A stretch of DNA of 64,000 bases from an uncultured Pelagibacteraceae bacterium (GTDB lineage: Bacteria > Pseudomonadota > Alphaproteobacteria > Pelagibacterales > Pelagibacteraceae), in NCBI GenBank assembly GCA_902622805.1, contig CACNRG010000001.1:89285-153284 (forward strand). Direction: 5' to 3'. Positions 25,597-37,444 of the stretch are shown in pieces. Numbering within the stretch: position 1 is the stretch's first letter; each line of letters starts with the position of its first letter. Under the pieces are notes generated by a model, which ran no database searches, was not told the origin of the DNA, and worked only from the letters and a program-made list of their open reading frames with translations. A program made the position numbers and the translations under genes.

Positions 25597-27750
25597 ATGG
25601 AACTTTTAAAAAAATATCCAAAAACTTTTCAGTGGTTATTTTTATTGATTGTATTCTTTGCTTTGTGCTTTGCCATTGATGTTCCAGAAACATATAAATT
25701 TATTAGGGGGCAGGCAGAATTTGTCAAAGATCCAAATCAAAGTAGTTATGTATTTTTAGGAAAAGAGGTAAGATATTATGCTTTCGACGTATTCTGGAGA
25801 CTACCTCCATTGCTTGGATGGTTACCTATTTGGATTAATGACTCATTATTTTTCTTAATGAATGATTGGATGCCAATTGAAGTTTGGAATGAAGATACTC
25901 AAGAATTCAAAAGTCGTCCGATAGTTTTACAAATAAGTAGAAATTTGACTGCTTTCATGACTTTTTTGATAGAATTAATAAGAGAGATATTATTAGGAGG
26001 TCTCGAAACTATAGTTGCGTTTACTAGTTGGGATTGGATAGATAAAAATCCGTGGGCTGAATTACCGGGATTGCCTTGGACAATTGTTGCAGCAGGTGCC
26101 GCCCTTCTTTCATATAAGCTCAGTGGAAAAGGTCTAGCTATATTCGCGGGTCTAACTATGGTTTACATTTCCATATTTGGTCAATGGAAACCTTCTATGC
26201 AAACACTCTCATTTATATTAGTTGCAGCTCCATTATCATTTATATTTGGGTTAGGATTAGGGATAGCAGCTTTTAAAAGTAAACGTGTAGAAAAAGCTTT
26301 ATATCCAATATTACTAGTAATGCAGACAATGCCACAATACGCTGTTCTGGTTCCTGCATTGGTTCTTTTTGGAGTAGGTGATCATGCTGCAGTAATTATT
26401 ACTATGGTTGTAGCAATACCGCCTATGATATTATTAACTTTATTAGGTTTAAGAGCGGTGCCTTCTGAAGTTATTGAAGCAGGGAGAATGAGTGGATGTA
26501 ATAATTTTCAATTAATGTTTAAAGTATTAATTCCTACTGCTAGAAGAGATATTTTAATTGGGGTAAACCAAGTCATCATGGTGTGTTTTTCGATGGCAGT
26601 TATTTCAGCTTTTATTGGAGCAAAAGGTTTAGGATTCAATTTATTATTAGCACTAAACCAGTTAAACATTGGATTAGCTTTAGAGGCAGGGTTATGCATT
26701 AGTTTAATTGCAATTCTTTTAGATAAAATGTCTTTGGCATGGGCTAATAAACAAACAGATTATTTTGGCAATCTTACTTTTTATCAAAGAAACAAAAATC
26801 TTTTATTTTTTGGTGCTATATTTGTAATTGGAATAGTGCTGGCTTATATTGGAACTTATTTATTTAAAGATACTTTTAATTATTTATTTGAAATTCCACA
26901 CAACAAAGGGATATCTACTGCTGATTTTTGGAATAAAGGAGTAGATTGGATTTTCGATACTTTCTTTATTTATATTAAAGCTTTCAATACATGGTTAATA
27001 CAAGATGTACTTCAACCAATGAGAGCTTTATATCTAAGAATGCCTGCTATTGCGACAATAGTTTTAGTTGTTGGTGCAGGTTATTTAATTGGTGGTATAC
27101 GTTCTGCATTAGTAGTTTGTGCTTTAACTTTATTTATTGCATTTAGCCCGTGGTGGGATAGAGCATTAGTTACAGCGTATATGGCAACTTTTGGAGTAAT
27201 AGTTTCTTGTATTATAGGATTTACAGTAGGAACTTTATGTTTTCAAAATAAACATTCAGCAAATTTTATGTTAGGCGTTTGTGATATTTTTCAAACATTT
27301 CCATCATTTGTATATTTAATTCCAGTAATGATGTTATTTGGTATAACAGATACATCAGTGCTCATTGCAGTTATAGTTTATGCAACCATACCTGCTACAA
27401 GATACACAATAGAAGGACTAAGAAGTGTTCCGGCTGGTTTGCATGATGCAGCAACTATGTCGGGTGTAAATAAATTTCAAAGATTAACTAAAATAGAATT
27501 TCCTTTAGCCTTTCCACATATGATGCTTGGTATAAATCAAACAATCGTATTTGCATTATTTATGGTTATTATTGGAGCATTTATTGGTACAGAAGATTTA
27601 GGTCAGTATATTTTAAAAGCATTATCAGATAAGAAAGGTGCAGGAATAGGATTGACTCTAGGTATATGCGTAGCCTTTATAGCCCTGATATTTGATAATT
27701 TGATTAGAGCTTATGTTCAAAAAAGAAAAAAGCATTTGGGTATTGATTAA
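25597..27750 (+). CDS. tmoV: TMAO/betaine ABC transporter permease with two fused ProW-type domains
   Basis: Two QT-x-P-x-(Y/F) motifs and two EAA-like loops (EAGRMSGC; DAATMSGV). Confidence 0.85.
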   Translation: MELLKKYPKTFQWLFLLIVFFALCFAIDVPETYKFIRGQAEFVKDPNQSSYVFLGKEVRYYAFDVFWRLPPLLGWLPIWINDSLFFLMNDWMPIEVWNEDTQEFKSRPIVLQISRNLTAFMTFLIELIREILLGGLETIVAFTSWDWIDKNPWAELPGLPWTIVAAGAALLSYKLSGKGLAIFAGLTMVYISIFGQWKPSMQTLSFILVAAPLSFIFGLGLGIAAFKSKRVEKALYPILLVMQTMPQYAVLVPALVLFGVGDHAAVIITMVVAIPPMILLTLLGLRAVPSEVIEAGRMSGCNNFQLMFKVLIPTARRDILIGVNQVIMVCFSMAVISAFIGAKGLGFNLLLALNQLNIGLALEAGLCISLIAILLDKMSLAWANKQTDYFGNLTFYQRNKNLLFFGAIFVIGIVLAYIGTYLFKDTFNYLFEIPHNKGISTADFWNKGVDWIFDTFFIYIKAFNTWLIQDVLQPMRALYLRMPAIATIVLVVGAGYLIGGIRSALVVCALTLFIAFSPWWDRALVTAYMATFGVIVSCIIGFTVGTLCFQNKHSANFMLGVCDIFQTFPSFVYLIPVMMLFGITDTSVLIAVIVYATIPATRYTIEGLRSVPAGLHDAATMSGVNKFQRLTKIEFPLAFPHMMLGINQTIVFALFMVIIGAFIGTEDLGQYILKALSDKKGAGIGLTLGICVAFIALIFDNLIRAYVQKRKKHLGID

Positions 27751-28121
27751 TATAAATACTTAACTTCAGAAAAAGTATTAGTTGGAAAAATCCAATAAAA
27801 TTTTAAGGTTTCTTTTCCATTATTTTTTAGAGCATGTTTCGCATTTTTAGCTATATAAACAACATCCCCTTTTTTAATCTCTTGAAGTTCGCCAGATTTA
27901 TTAAGTATACCAGTTCCTTCTGTAATTACATATATTTCAGCAGGTGAATGGTAATGAAGAATTAAATCACCACCTGGAGCAATTTCAGCAAAACCAAGTG
28001 AAAGTTCGGAACTATTTGTGAAATCTGAGTCAATTAAAAACTTCCATCTAACACCAGGATATTTATCTGTTGTTGACCATTCTTGATCGGAAACAGATTT
28101 AAGATTTTTTACAAATATCAT
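27747..28121 (-). CDS. dddK: Cupin DMSP lyase DddK
   Basis: MIFVKNL...KYPGVRWKFLID...LSLGFAEIAPGGDL.LHYHSPAEIYV...KKGDVVYIA.NA.HALKNNGKETL.FYWIFP is nearly collinear with the recalled Pelagibacter DddK. Metal ligands H56/H58/E62/H96 and Y64/Y122 are present. Confidence 0.9.
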   Translation of the reverse strand: MIFVKNLKSVSDQEWSTTDKYPGVRWKFLIDSDFTNSSELSLGFAEIAPGGDLILHYHSPAEIYVITEGTGILNKSGELQEIKKGDVVYIAKNAKHALKNNGKETLKFYWIFPTNTFSEVKYLY

Positions 28122-28140
28122 GTAAATTTTAATTCACAAT

Positions 28141-29481
28141 CTATTTTGTAGGTTGTTCCAAAAAAGTTTTCATGGAGTCATCCATTGCTTTATCCCATGA
28201 AGTATGATGAATTGGTGCCACAGAACCAGTTACTGGGGACGAAAAAGATTTATTTCTGTATGTAAGAATGTCTTCAACTTTATGGTGCTCCCATTCTTTA
28301 AAATGTTTTCTAATCAATTCAAAATCAATTTTAGGATAATCAGACATATTATGAAGTTCTTTGGTATATTCTGTTTGAAAATCAATCATTTGATCTGGAT
28401 TTTCTAATTTTTCCTCCATAGCAACCCATTTATTAATATCCTCACTTATCTCTTTATCACTTGGTAACTTAATCTTTTCCATAATCACATCTCTTGCATA
28501 CCAAGCTTGGCAATCAAACATATTAAAGGTATGAAATTGATCCTGCATTCCCAAATAAAATAATTTATGGTTATCTTGCCATACAACACCTTTATAAAGT
28601 TTTGGTGGGTAAAGTCTGTTATGAGTTTTTAATTTCAAATCCTCATTTACAAAGGGAAAATGATGTAAGTAACCAGTACACAAAATTACAACATCAGTAT
28701 CTTGTTTAGTACCGTCTTTGAAAATTGCTTTTTTACCTTCAAGCCTATCTAGATAATGAACTTCTTTCATTCCTTTTGGCCATTTAAATCCCATAGGGTT
28801 ATGCCTATACCCAATTGTAACACTTTTCGCTCCATATTTGTTGCATTGTAAAGCTACATCCTCAGCAGAATAACTACTTCCTAAAACAACAACATCTTTG
28901 CCTCTGAATTCCTCAGCATCCCTAAAATCGTGTGAATGCATTATTCTTCCAGGAAAAGAATCCATGCCTTTGTATTCAGGAATATAAGGAACTGAAAAAT
29001 GTCCTGAAGCAACAACCATATAGTCAAAATTTTCTGTTAAAATTTTGTTGTTAGCTTTGTCCTGATAGCTAACTTCAAATCTATTATTTTTAAAAATTGT
29101 ATTGGTGACTCTGGTATTAAACTTAATTTTACCTTTTATATTACCTTGGCTTACTCTACCAATTATATAGTCATGAAGAACTTCTCTAGGTGGAAATGAG
29201 GGAATAGGTTTTTTGAAATGTTCATCAAAAGAGTAATCAGCAAATTCTAAACATTCTTTTGGTCCGTTCGACCAAAGATACCGGTACATACTATTAGGTA
29301 CAGGATCACCATATTGATCAGATCCTGTTCGCCAACTGTAATTCCATAATCCTCCCCAGTCCTCTTGCTTGTCAAAGCAAACTATTTCAGGAATTTTTTC
29401 ACCTTTTTTTTCAGCTTGATAAAAAGATCTCAACATAGATAAACCACATGGTCCAGCGCCAATAATTGCTACTCTACTCAT
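28141..29481 (-). CDS. tmm: Trimethylamine monooxygenase (flavin-containing monooxygenase)
   Basis: IGAGPCG, WGGLWNY, SMYRYLWSNGPKECLEF, FMO motif FPGRIMHSHDFR, GSSYSAED. Confidence 0.92.
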   Translation of the reverse strand: MSRVAIIGAGPCGLSMLRSFYQAEKKGEKIPEIVCFDKQEDWGGLWNYSWRTGSDQYGDPVPNSMYRYLWSNGPKECLEFADYSFDEHFKKPIPSFPPREVLHDYIIGRVSQGNIKGKIKFNTRVTNTIFKNNRFEVSYQDKANNKILTENFDYMVVASGHFSVPYIPEYKGMDSFPGRIMHSHDFRDAEEFRGKDVVVLGSSYSAEDVALQCNKYGAKSVTIGYRHNPMGFKWPKGMKEVHYLDRLEGKKAIFKDGTKQDTDVVILCTGYLHHFPFVNEDLKLKTHNRLYPPKLYKGVVWQDNHKLFYLGMQDQFHTFNMFDCQAWYARDVIMEKIKLPSDKEISEDINKWVAMEEKLENPDQMIDFQTEYTKELHNMSDYPKIDFELIRKHFKEWEHHKVEDILTYRNKSFSSPVTGSVAPIHHTSWDKAMDDSMKTFLEQPTK

Positions 29482-29562
29482 AAAAAAATCTCCATAAGAT
29501 TAAATTTAAAATAGTATTTTACTAACAAAATTATAAGAATTGCAATAGATTAGTATTTTATT

Positions 29563-30525
29563 ATGAAAAAAATTTTAGTTATTGGTGGTGGCGCCATGGG
29601 GTCAGCATTTACTATTCCTTGCTTAGATAATGGTAATTCTGTGACTATTACAGAGCCTTATAGCATCCGATTTATTAAAAATTTATCTTCAAAGAATAAA
29701 TTTCATTCAGCTTTAAAAATAAATTTGCCAAAAAAATTAAAATTCAGAAATTTTTCAAGTGAATTGTTAAAAGAAAAATTTGATCTAATTGTTATCGCTT
29801 TAAGTCTTCCAGGAATTGATTTTATTGGAAAAGAATTGATGAAGTGTAAAATTAGATCTCCAATTTTAGTTCTTACAAAGGGTTTAAAATATCAAAAAAA
29901 AGCTAAAAAGATTTTTACAATCTCAAAAAAATTAAACAATGATTATAAACTTAAAAATATTTCAATATTAAAAGGCCCATGTTTAGCTAAAGAACTTGTA
30001 AGAAAAAAACAAACAAGCGTAATTATTGCTAATAAAAATATTAAAATTGCTAAAGCTATTGGTAAGCTAGTATCTACCAGGTACTATTTGATAGAATATT
30101 CAAAAGATGTAGTTGGTATTGAAGTTTGTTCAGCAATTAAGAACATATACTCAATGATTATTGGTGCTGGGCAAAGTTTAAATTCATCATCTAATTTATT
30201 TCAAAAATCAGTAATAGAAATGAGGTATTTAACCAAATATTTCAAAGGCAAAGAAGAAACTACTTTAGGCCTTGCAGGAGTTGGAGATTTATATGTTAGT
30301 GCAGCAGGAGGTAGAAATAGTAAGATGGGCAGTTATTTAGGTAAAGGATTTACTTTTAAGATAGCAAAAAAGAAATTTATGCCTTATGAAACTGTTGAAG
30401 GTGAACAGCTCGCAAGAGAAATAGCACCATTTATTTTTAAAAAAATTGATAAAAAAAAAATACCTCTTATGATTAATTTTTTAAGAGCAATCATAAATAA
30501 TAAAAAACTTAAAATAAAAGTTTAA
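29563..30525 (+). CDS. NAD(P)H-dependent glycerol-3-phosphate dehydrogenase-like protein
   Basis: [44 protein letters not shown]. GpsA fold but divergent. Confidence 0.75.
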   Translation: MKKILVIGGGAMGSAFTIPCLDNGNSVTITEPYSIRFIKNLSSKNKFHSALKINLPKKLKFRNFSSELLKEKFDLIVIALSLPGIDFIGKELMKCKIRSPILVLTKGLKYQKKAKKIFTISKKLNNDYKLKNISILKGPCLAKELVRKKQTSVIIANKNIKIAKAIGKLVSTRYYLIEYSKDVVGIEVCSAIKNIYSMIIGAGQSLNSSSNLFQKSVIEMRYLTKYFKGKEETTLGLAGVGDLYVSAAGGRNSKMGSYLGKGFTFKIAKKKFMPYETVEGEQLAREIAPFIFKKIDKKKIPLMINFLRAIINNKKLKIKV

Positions 30526-32207
30526 AACAAACCTTCTATTTCACCTTTATTGTTAAGTTTAATAGCATCTGCTGCTGGAATTTTTGGCAAGCCAGGCATT
30601 GTCATTATCGCTCCACATACAACAACAATAAATTCTGCGCCAGATGAAAGTCTTACCTCTCTAACAGGCAAAACATGTCCTGTTGGAGCACCTTTAAGCA
30701 CTGGGTCAGTAGAGAAACTATATTGGGTTTTTGCAACACAAATAGGTAACTCACCATAACCTGCTTCCTCAAAACCTTTTAATTGATCTCTAATTTTAGT
30801 ATCTGCTATAACTTCATCAGCCCTGTAAATTTCTTTTGCGATTGTTTCAATTTTTTTAAAAAGTGGAGCTTTGTTATCGTATAAAAATTTAAATTTTTCT
30901 TTATTTTTTTCACATAATTCAGCTACATGAGATGCTAAATCTTTTGTTCCCTCACCACCATTAGCCCAGTGAGTACAAAGGCAAGCTTTCACACCAAGAC
31001 CATCACAAAAATCTATTAAAGCTTTTACTTCTTTGTCTGTATCTTTGACAAAGTGATTTACTGCTACTGTAATTGGCAAATTAAATTTTTTAACATTTTC
31101 AATATGTCGTTGAAGATTTATTAATCCTTTTTTTAAAGCTTCAACATTTTCATTTTTTAAATCATCTTTCGATACACCTCCGTGCATTTTTAAAGCTCTT
31201 ATAGTCGCAACCACTACTACACAACTTGGTTTAAGATTTGATTTTCTACACTTAATGTCTAAAAATTTTTCAGCACCTAAATCAGCACCAAACCCAGCCT
31301 CAGTCACCACATAATCTGCAAGTTTAAGACCAGTCTTTGTTGCAATTACTGAATTACATCCATGAGCAATATTCGCAAATGGTCCACCATGAATTATTGC
31401 AGGATTGTTTTCTAATGTTTGAGTAATATTTGGTTTAATTGCATCTTTAAGCAACACCGTAATAGGACCTTGAGCTTTTAAATCCTTTGCATAAATAGGT
31501 TTTTTTTCTCTTGTGTAGGCTACTGTAATATTACCAATTCTTTTTTCTAGATCCTCAAGATTATTAGCTAAACAGAATATAGCCATTATTTCAGATGCCA
31601 CAGTTATGTCAAAACCATCTTCTCTCGGAAAACCATTTGCTACTCCACCTAGATTTATATTTATTGATCTTAGAGCTCGATCATTCATATCCATAACTCT
31701 TTTCCAAACAATTCTTCTCACATCTATATTTAATTTATTCCCCCAGTAGATATGATTATCAATCAAAGCAGATAAGAGATTATGAGCCGAGGTAATTGCG
31801 TGAAAATCACCTGTAAAATGTAAATTAATTTGTTCCATAGGCACAACTTGAGCATAACCACCTCCTGCAGCACCACCTTTCATTCCAAAAGAAGGACCTA
31901 AACTTGGCTCTCTAAGACAAACAATAGATTTTTTTCCAATTTTGTTTAAACCATCATTTAATCCAACTGATGTAGTAGTTTTTCCCTCACCAGCAGGCGT
32001 TGGAGTAATAGCTGTAACTAAGATCAATTTTCCATCAGGCTTATCTTTTAATTTATTAAGATATTCCAAATTAATTTTAGCTATGTGTCTACCAATAGGA
32101 CTAAATGCAGAACTTTCATCGGGAACATTGAGTTTTGCTAATATATCCTTAATTGGCTGCATTTTGGCCTCTCTTGCTATTTGGATATCTGATTTTACTT
32201 CACTCAT
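30522..32207 (-). CDS. fhs: Formate--tetrahydrofolate ligase
   Basis: [56 protein letters not shown]. Confidence 0.97.
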   Translation of the reverse strand: MSEVKSDIQIAREAKMQPIKDILAKLNVPDESSAFSPIGRHIAKINLEYLNKLKDKPDGKLILVTAITPTPAGEGKTTTSVGLNDGLNKIGKKSIVCLREPSLGPSFGMKGGAAGGGYAQVVPMEQINLHFTGDFHAITSAHNLLSALIDNHIYWGNKLNIDVRRIVWKRVMDMNDRALRSININLGGVANGFPREDGFDITVASEIMAIFCLANNLEDLEKRIGNITVAYTREKKPIYAKDLKAQGPITVLLKDAIKPNITQTLENNPAIIHGGPFANIAHGCNSVIATKTGLKLADYVVTEAGFGADLGAEKFLDIKCRKSNLKPSCVVVVATIRALKMHGGVSKDDLKNENVEALKKGLINLQRHIENVKKFNLPITVAVNHFVKDTDKEVKALIDFCDGLGVKACLCTHWANGGEGTKDLASHVAELCEKNKEKFKFLYDNKAPLFKKIETIAKEIYRADEVIADTKIRDQLKGFEEAGYGELPICVAKTQYSFSTDPVLKGAPTGHVLPVREVRLSSGAEFIVVVCGAIMTMPGLPKIPAADAIKLNNKGEIEGLF

Positions 32208-32331
32208 TGCGGTCTATTTAAAATATAAAAGCTGGATGATTAGTATATCTTTTTGAGGGCTTTGGAAATATCTAAAAATTATATATAAAAAAAATATGAA
32301 CTATTTTCATTCATTATTATAAAATTCAATT

Positions 32332-33588
32332 GTGCAAAAATACTCTATATTTAATTTAGTCAAGAATGCATTTTCCAATCATGAAAATTGGGACTTAGCA
32401 TGGAAAGATCCAACACCCAAAACAGAATACGATGTAGTCATTATTGGTGGTGGAGGTCATGGTTTAGCCACTGCATATTATCTTGCAAAAGAACATAATA
32501 TTACAAACGTTGCAATTATAGAAAAAGGATGGATTGGTGGAGGAAATGTTGGTCGTAACACAACAATAATCAGATCAAATTATATGCATGATGATAATGC
32601 ATTGTTTAGTGAATTTGGAATGAATCTATGGAGAAGGATGAGCCAAGATCTAAATTATAATGTTATGTTTTCTCCAAGAGGAATTATAAACCTTGCTCAT
32701 TCAGACGCGCAAATGAATGTTTATGCAAGACGAGGAAACTCAATGCGATTAAATGGTATTGATGCAGTTCTTTTAAATAGAGAACAAGTTAAAGAAATTA
32801 TACCAATGGCAGACTTTTCTGAAAATGTAAGATTTCCAATATTTGGTGGGCTCATGCAACCTAGTGCAGGTACAGCAAGACATGATGCGGTTGCTTGGGG
32901 TTATGCAAGACAAGCTGACTCAATGGGTGTTGATATAATTCAAAATTGTGAAGTAACTGGATTTGATGTTTCAGGCGGAAAGATAAAAGGTGTGAGAACT
33001 TCTCGTGGAGAGATAAAAACTAAAAAAATTGGATTATGTGTTGCTGGCAGCACAAATATTTTAGCCGAAAAACTAAATATGAGACTGCCGATTGAAACTC
33101 ATTTGTTACAAGCCTGTGTTTCAGAACCTGTTAAACCAATTTTAGATAGGGTTGTTACATTCGGTGCGGGACATTTTTATATAAGTCAGTCAGACAAAGG
33201 AGAAATGGTTATGGGTGGTGATTTAGATGGATATAATAGTTATGCTCAAAGAGGTAATTTACCAACCCTACAACATGTTTTAACTGAGGGAATTGCGATG
33301 ATGCCATTTCTTAGCAAATTAAAAATGCTAAGAACTTGGGGTGGCATCATGGATATGTCTATGGATGGCTCACCAATAATTGATAAAACTCACATTGAAG
33401 GTTTATATTTAAATTGTGGTTGGTGTTATGGAGGATTTAAAGCAACTCCAGCATCTGGCTGGACATTTGCTCATACTATTGCGCAAGATAGAGTTCATGA
33501 ATTAAATGCTGGGTATAATTTAAATAGATTTAGTACAGGTCATTTATTAGATGAAAAAGGACTTGGGACAAAAACTTGGATTTCATAA
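32332..33588 (+). CDS. soxB: Heterotetrameric sarcosine oxidase / N-methylglutamate dehydrogenase beta subunit
   Basis: IIGGGGHGLATAYYLA, GGGNVGRNTTIIRSNY, GTARHDAVAWGYAR, GGFKATP. GTG start. Confidence 0.9.
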   Translation: MQKYSIFNLVKNAFSNHENWDLAWKDPTPKTEYDVVIIGGGGHGLATAYYLAKEHNITNVAIIEKGWIGGGNVGRNTTIIRSNYMHDDNALFSEFGMNLWRRMSQDLNYNVMFSPRGIINLAHSDAQMNVYARRGNSMRLNGIDAVLLNREQVKEIIPMADFSENVRFPIFGGLMQPSAGTARHDAVAWGYARQADSMGVDIIQNCEVTGFDVSGGKIKGVRTSRGEIKTKKIGLCVAGSTNILAEKLNMRLPIETHLLQACVSEPVKPILDRVVTFGAGHFYISQSDKGEMVMGGDLDGYNSYAQRGNLPTLQHVLTEGIAMMPFLSKLKMLRTWGGIMDMSMDGSPIIDKTHIEGLYLNCGWCYGGFKATPASGWTFAHTIAQDRVHELNAGYNLNRFSTGHLLDEKGLGTKTWIS

Positions 33589-33858
33589 ATGCTTCACATT
33601 AAATGTCCACATTGTGGAATGAGATCACAAAATGAATTTTCTTATGGTGGGGATGCTAGTGTCAAAAGACCAGAATTAAATAAAGAAGTATCAGATCTCG
33701 AATGGGATAATTTTGTTTATAACAGAAAAAGTTTAAGAGGAAAACATTGGGAATTATGGCAGCACTTATCAGGATGCAGGCAATGGATTAAAGTTGAAAG
33801 AGATACCGCAACTCATGAAATTTTTAAAACACTTAAAGCTGATCAGGAAATTTCATAA
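33589..33858 (+). CDS. soxD: Sarcosine oxidase / NMG dehydrogenase delta subunit
   Basis: CPHCG.R...EF.YGG and W.H..GCRQW zinc motifs. Confidence 0.92.
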   Translation: MLHIKCPHCGMRSQNEFSYGGDASVKRPELNKEVSDLEWDNFVYNRKSLRGKHWELWQHLSGCRQWIKVERDTATHEIFKTLKADQEIS

Positions 33859-36854
33859 TGTCTCAAAACTTTAGATTAGAAAATATTGGACTGATTGATC
33901 GAAATAGAAAAATTTCATTTAAATTTAATGGTAAGATTTATTATGGTTATGAAGGAGATACTCTAGCATCAGCACTGTTGGCAAATGGTGTTCATTTAGT
34001 TGGTAGAAGTTTTAAGTATCACAGACCTAGAGGTTTTTTTGGTGCTGGGGTGGACGAACCATATGCGATGGTTCAATTATATAGAAATGGTGAAACTGAA
34101 CCAAATATAAAAGCCACAGAGCAAGAACTTTTTGAGGGTTTAGAGGCAACAAGTGTAAATTGTTGGCCTAGTGTAAATTTTGATATTGGTGCTATTAATA
34201 ATTTCTTAAAAATATTTCTTCCTGCTGGATTTTATTATAAAACTTTTATGTGGCCAAAAAGCTTTTGGTATAAAGTTTACGAACCATTCATAAGAAAAGC
34301 AGCTGGTCTTGGAGTTGTATCAACAAAACATGATAATGAAAGATATGAACATAAATATGAGTATTGCGACTTATTAATTACAGGTTCAGGGCCATCAGGT
34401 CTAGCAAGTGCTTATGCTGCTGCTAAAAATGGAGCTCGAGTTATACTAGCCGAAGATAAAGCAAGATTTGGTGGAACACTTCTTACAAGTGAAGTTAATA
34501 TTGGTAACAAATCAGGTAAGGAATGGGCTGATGGAATTATCTCTGAACTAAAAGAAATGCCAAATGTAGTCGTTAAAAATAGATCACAGGTATTTGGTTA
34601 TTATGATCACAATATGTTGGTAATGACTGAAAGAATAAGTGATCATTTACCTAAAACAAAAAAATTTCATCCAAAACAAAGACTTTGGTACATTAGAGCA
34701 AAAGAAGTTTTAATCTCATCAGGATCAATTGAAAGACCAATAGTTTTTGGGAACAATGATACGCCAGGGGTTATGCTTTCTTCTGCAGCAAAAGAGTACA
34801 TTAAAGTATATGGAGTAATAGTTGGAAAAAATCCTCTTATTTTTACAAATAATGATAGTGGATATGAAACTGCAATTGAATTCAAAAAAAATGGTATAGA
34901 TACATTAATCTTAGATACACGAAAAGATCCCAAATCGGAAATAGTTCAAGAAGCAAAAAATTTGGGAATAAGTATTAAATTTTCTTATGTTGTAGTGGCT
35001 GCCAAAGGTTATAAAAAAGTGAAATCAGCTGATATTGCAAAAATTTCAGATGATAAAGAACAACTTGGAAAAATAGAAAATGTAAAATGTGACTGTATAT
35101 GTGTTTCTGGTTTTTGGACACCTACTATTCACTTAGCATCACAATCAGGAAATAAAACAAAATTTAATGAAAAAATTGATGCATTCGTACCTGGGGTATC
35201 GAAACAAAAAGAAACGACTATAGGTGCCGCGAATGGAATTTATACTTTAGATGAGACTTTAAAAAGTTCGTTTGAAACTGGACATAAACTATCAAAACAA
35301 ATTATGAATAACGATAATAAGGTTTCTTTTCCAAATGTTGTTGAAAAAAAGTCAACTGTTCATGATAAATTTTGGTGCGTACCACTTCCAAAAGGAAAAA
35401 ATTATAAAAGATTTTTAGATTTTCAAAATGATGTTGCAGTTTCAGATATTGAAATAGCTTTAAAAGAGGGCTATCGATCAATTGAACATGTAAAAAGATA
35501 TACTACTCTTGGTATGGCAACTGATCAGGGTAAAACAAGTAACCTTAATGGTTTACAATTAGTATCTAAAATAGAAAATAAGGTTGTACCAGCTGTAGGT
35601 CACACAACTTTTAGACCTCCTTATACACCTATTTCTATTGGTGCAATAGTTGGAAGAGAAGTTGGAAAACATTCAAAGCCAACAAGAAAATCTCCAATGC
35701 ATTCATGGCATGAAAAAAATAATGCCGTTTTTGTAGATGCAGGTGTGTGGTTAAGACCTAGATATTATAAACAAGGAGATGAGAATTTATTTGAAGGATC
35801 TAAAAGAGAAGCAAAAAATGTAAGAACAAATGTTGGTGTTTGTGATGTTACCACATTAGGTAAAATCGATATTAAAGGTCCTGATGCAGCTGAGCTTCTT
35901 AACAGAGTTTATACAAATGCATGGCTTAAGTTGCCAGTTGGTAAAGCAAGATATGGGGTGATGTTGAGAGAAGATGGTATTGTAATGGATGATGGAACAA
36001 CTACAAGAATTTCAGAAAATCACTATCATATGACAACGACTACAGCTCAAGCAGCTAACGTCCTTTCGCACTTAGAATATTATTTGCAATTAGTTTGGCC
36101 AGAATTAAATGTAAATGTAGTTTCAACAACTGAACAGTGGGCAGGAGCTGCTATTGCTGGACCAAAGTCAAGGGACTTATTACAAAAATTATTTCCAAAA
36201 TCTGATGTATCAAATGAGGGATTACCTTTTATGGGCTACTTGGAAGGAGACTTATTTGGAGTTAAGGCTAGAATTTTTAGAATTTCATTTTCTGGTGAGC
36301 TTGCATATGAAGTAAACGTAGAGTCTAATAACGGAAATTTTATGTGGGAAAAAATTATAGAAGTTGGTCAAGAATTTAAAATTCAACCATACGGAACAGA
36401 AGCTTTATCAACTCTAAGAATTGAAATGGGACATGTTGCAGGATCTGAGCTTGATGGTAGAACAATACCATATGATAATTCTCTTGAAGGTTTGGTAAGT
36501 AAAAAGAAAGATTTTATTGGTAAAAGATCATTATCTAGAAAAGCATTTACAGCTGAAGACAGACAAAAAGTTGTTGGAGTTGTTCCTTTAGATAAAAAAA
36601 CAAGTATTCCTGAAGGGTCACATTTAGTAAAAGATTCAAATGCTCAATTACCAAATCCAAAATTAGGATATATATCTGCCTCTTGTTGGAGTGTTGAACA
36701 CGATAATCCATTTTCATTAGCTATTCTTAAGAACGGAAAAAATATGATTGGTGAAAAATTATTTGTAATGTCTCCACTTAAAAATAAAGTTATTCCGGTA
36801 GAGATAGTTTCTTCACACTATGTTGATCCAAAAGGTGAAAGGGTCAGATCATGA
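33858..36854 (+). CDS. soxA: Sarcosine oxidase / NMG dehydrogenase alpha subunit
   Basis: [40 protein letters not shown]-terminal GcvT domain ([11 protein letters not shown]). Confidence 0.92.
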   Translation: MSQNFRLENIGLIDRNRKISFKFNGKIYYGYEGDTLASALLANGVHLVGRSFKYHRPRGFFGAGVDEPYAMVQLYRNGETEPNIKATEQELFEGLEATSVNCWPSVNFDIGAINNFLKIFLPAGFYYKTFMWPKSFWYKVYEPFIRKAAGLGVVSTKHDNERYEHKYEYCDLLITGSGPSGLASAYAAAKNGARVILAEDKARFGGTLLTSEVNIGNKSGKEWADGIISELKEMPNVVVKNRSQVFGYYDHNMLVMTERISDHLPKTKKFHPKQRLWYIRAKEVLISSGSIERPIVFGNNDTPGVMLSSAAKEYIKVYGVIVGKNPLIFTNNDSGYETAIEFKKNGIDTLILDTRKDPKSEIVQEAKNLGISIKFSYVVVAAKGYKKVKSADIAKISDDKEQLGKIENVKCDCICVSGFWTPTIHLASQSGNKTKFNEKIDAFVPGVSKQKETTIGAANGIYTLDETLKSSFETGHKLSKQIMNNDNKVSFPNVVEKKSTVHDKFWCVPLPKGKNYKRFLDFQNDVAVSDIEIALKEGYRSIEHVKRYTTLGMATDQGKTSNLNGLQLVSKIENKVVPAVGHTTFRPPYTPISIGAIVGREVGKHSKPTRKSPMHSWHEKNNAVFVDAGVWLRPRYYKQGDENLFEGSKREAKNVRTNVGVCDVTTLGKIDIKGPDAAELLNRVYTNAWLKLPVGKARYGVMLREDGIVMDDGTTTRISENHYHMTTTTAQAANVLSHLEYYLQLVWPELNVNVVSTTEQWAGAAIAGPKSRDLLQKLFPKSDVSNEGLPFMGYLEGDLFGVKARIFRISFSGELAYEVNVESNNGNFMWEKIIEVGQEFKIQPYGTEALSTLRIEMGHVAGSELDGRTIPYDNSLEGLVSKKKDFIGKRSLSRKAFTAEDRQKVVGVVPLDKKTSIPEGSHLVKDSNAQLPNPKLGYISASCWSVEHDNPFSLAILKNGKNMIGEKLFVMSPLKNKVIPVEIVSSHYVDPKGERVRS

Positions 36855-37438
36855 GTTTTATATCAGCCTTAGCAAATGTTCATTTAACAGGCCAATTCGG
36901 AGATTATGAAGATAAAAATGAAAATGATCTTTTAAGGATTTCTGAAATAAAAAATTTATTAATAGTTCAAATAGTTCAGTATAAGAATTCAACAATTCCT
37001 GTTGAAAGTATTGCAATTAATGGTTTAAAATTAAAAGATGAACCATTAAGTGTAGAAAATAATAATGATACAAGAATTTTATGGAACGGTCCAAAAAATT
37101 GGCTTTTAGTATCAACAAAAATAGATTTAATTGAAAATATTTTACAAAATTTTGAAGAAAAAGATTTTGCAGTAACTGACTTATCCCACTCAAAAGCTGT
37201 AATTGGAATAGAGGGTAGAAATGTAAAAGAAGTTCTTAAGAAAGGATGCCCTTATAATTTTAACAATTTAGGAAAAAATAATTCAATTAATTCTACCTTT
37301 AACGGAATATCATTTACTGTTGATATGCTTAATGACAATCCTAATAAAGTAAGATTATTTGCTTTAAGAAGTTTTGGTGAGTCTTTATATCATTCAATAA
37401 CAGATGCATCTTTAGAATTTGGTTATAAATCTATATAA
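36851..37438 (+). CDS. soxG: Sarcosine oxidase / NMG dehydrogenase gamma subunit
   Basis: [32 protein letters not shown] overlap with soxA. Confidence 0.85.
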   Translation: MSFISALANVHLTGQFGDYEDKNENDLLRISEIKNLLIVQIVQYKNSTIPVESIAINGLKLKDEPLSVENNNDTRILWNGPKNWLLVSTKIDLIENILQNFEEKDFAVTDLSHSKAVIGIEGRNVKEVLKKGCPYNFNNLGKNNSINSTFNGISFTVDMLNDNPNKVRLFALRSFGESLYHSITDASLEFGYKSI

Positions 37439-37444
37439 ATATTT

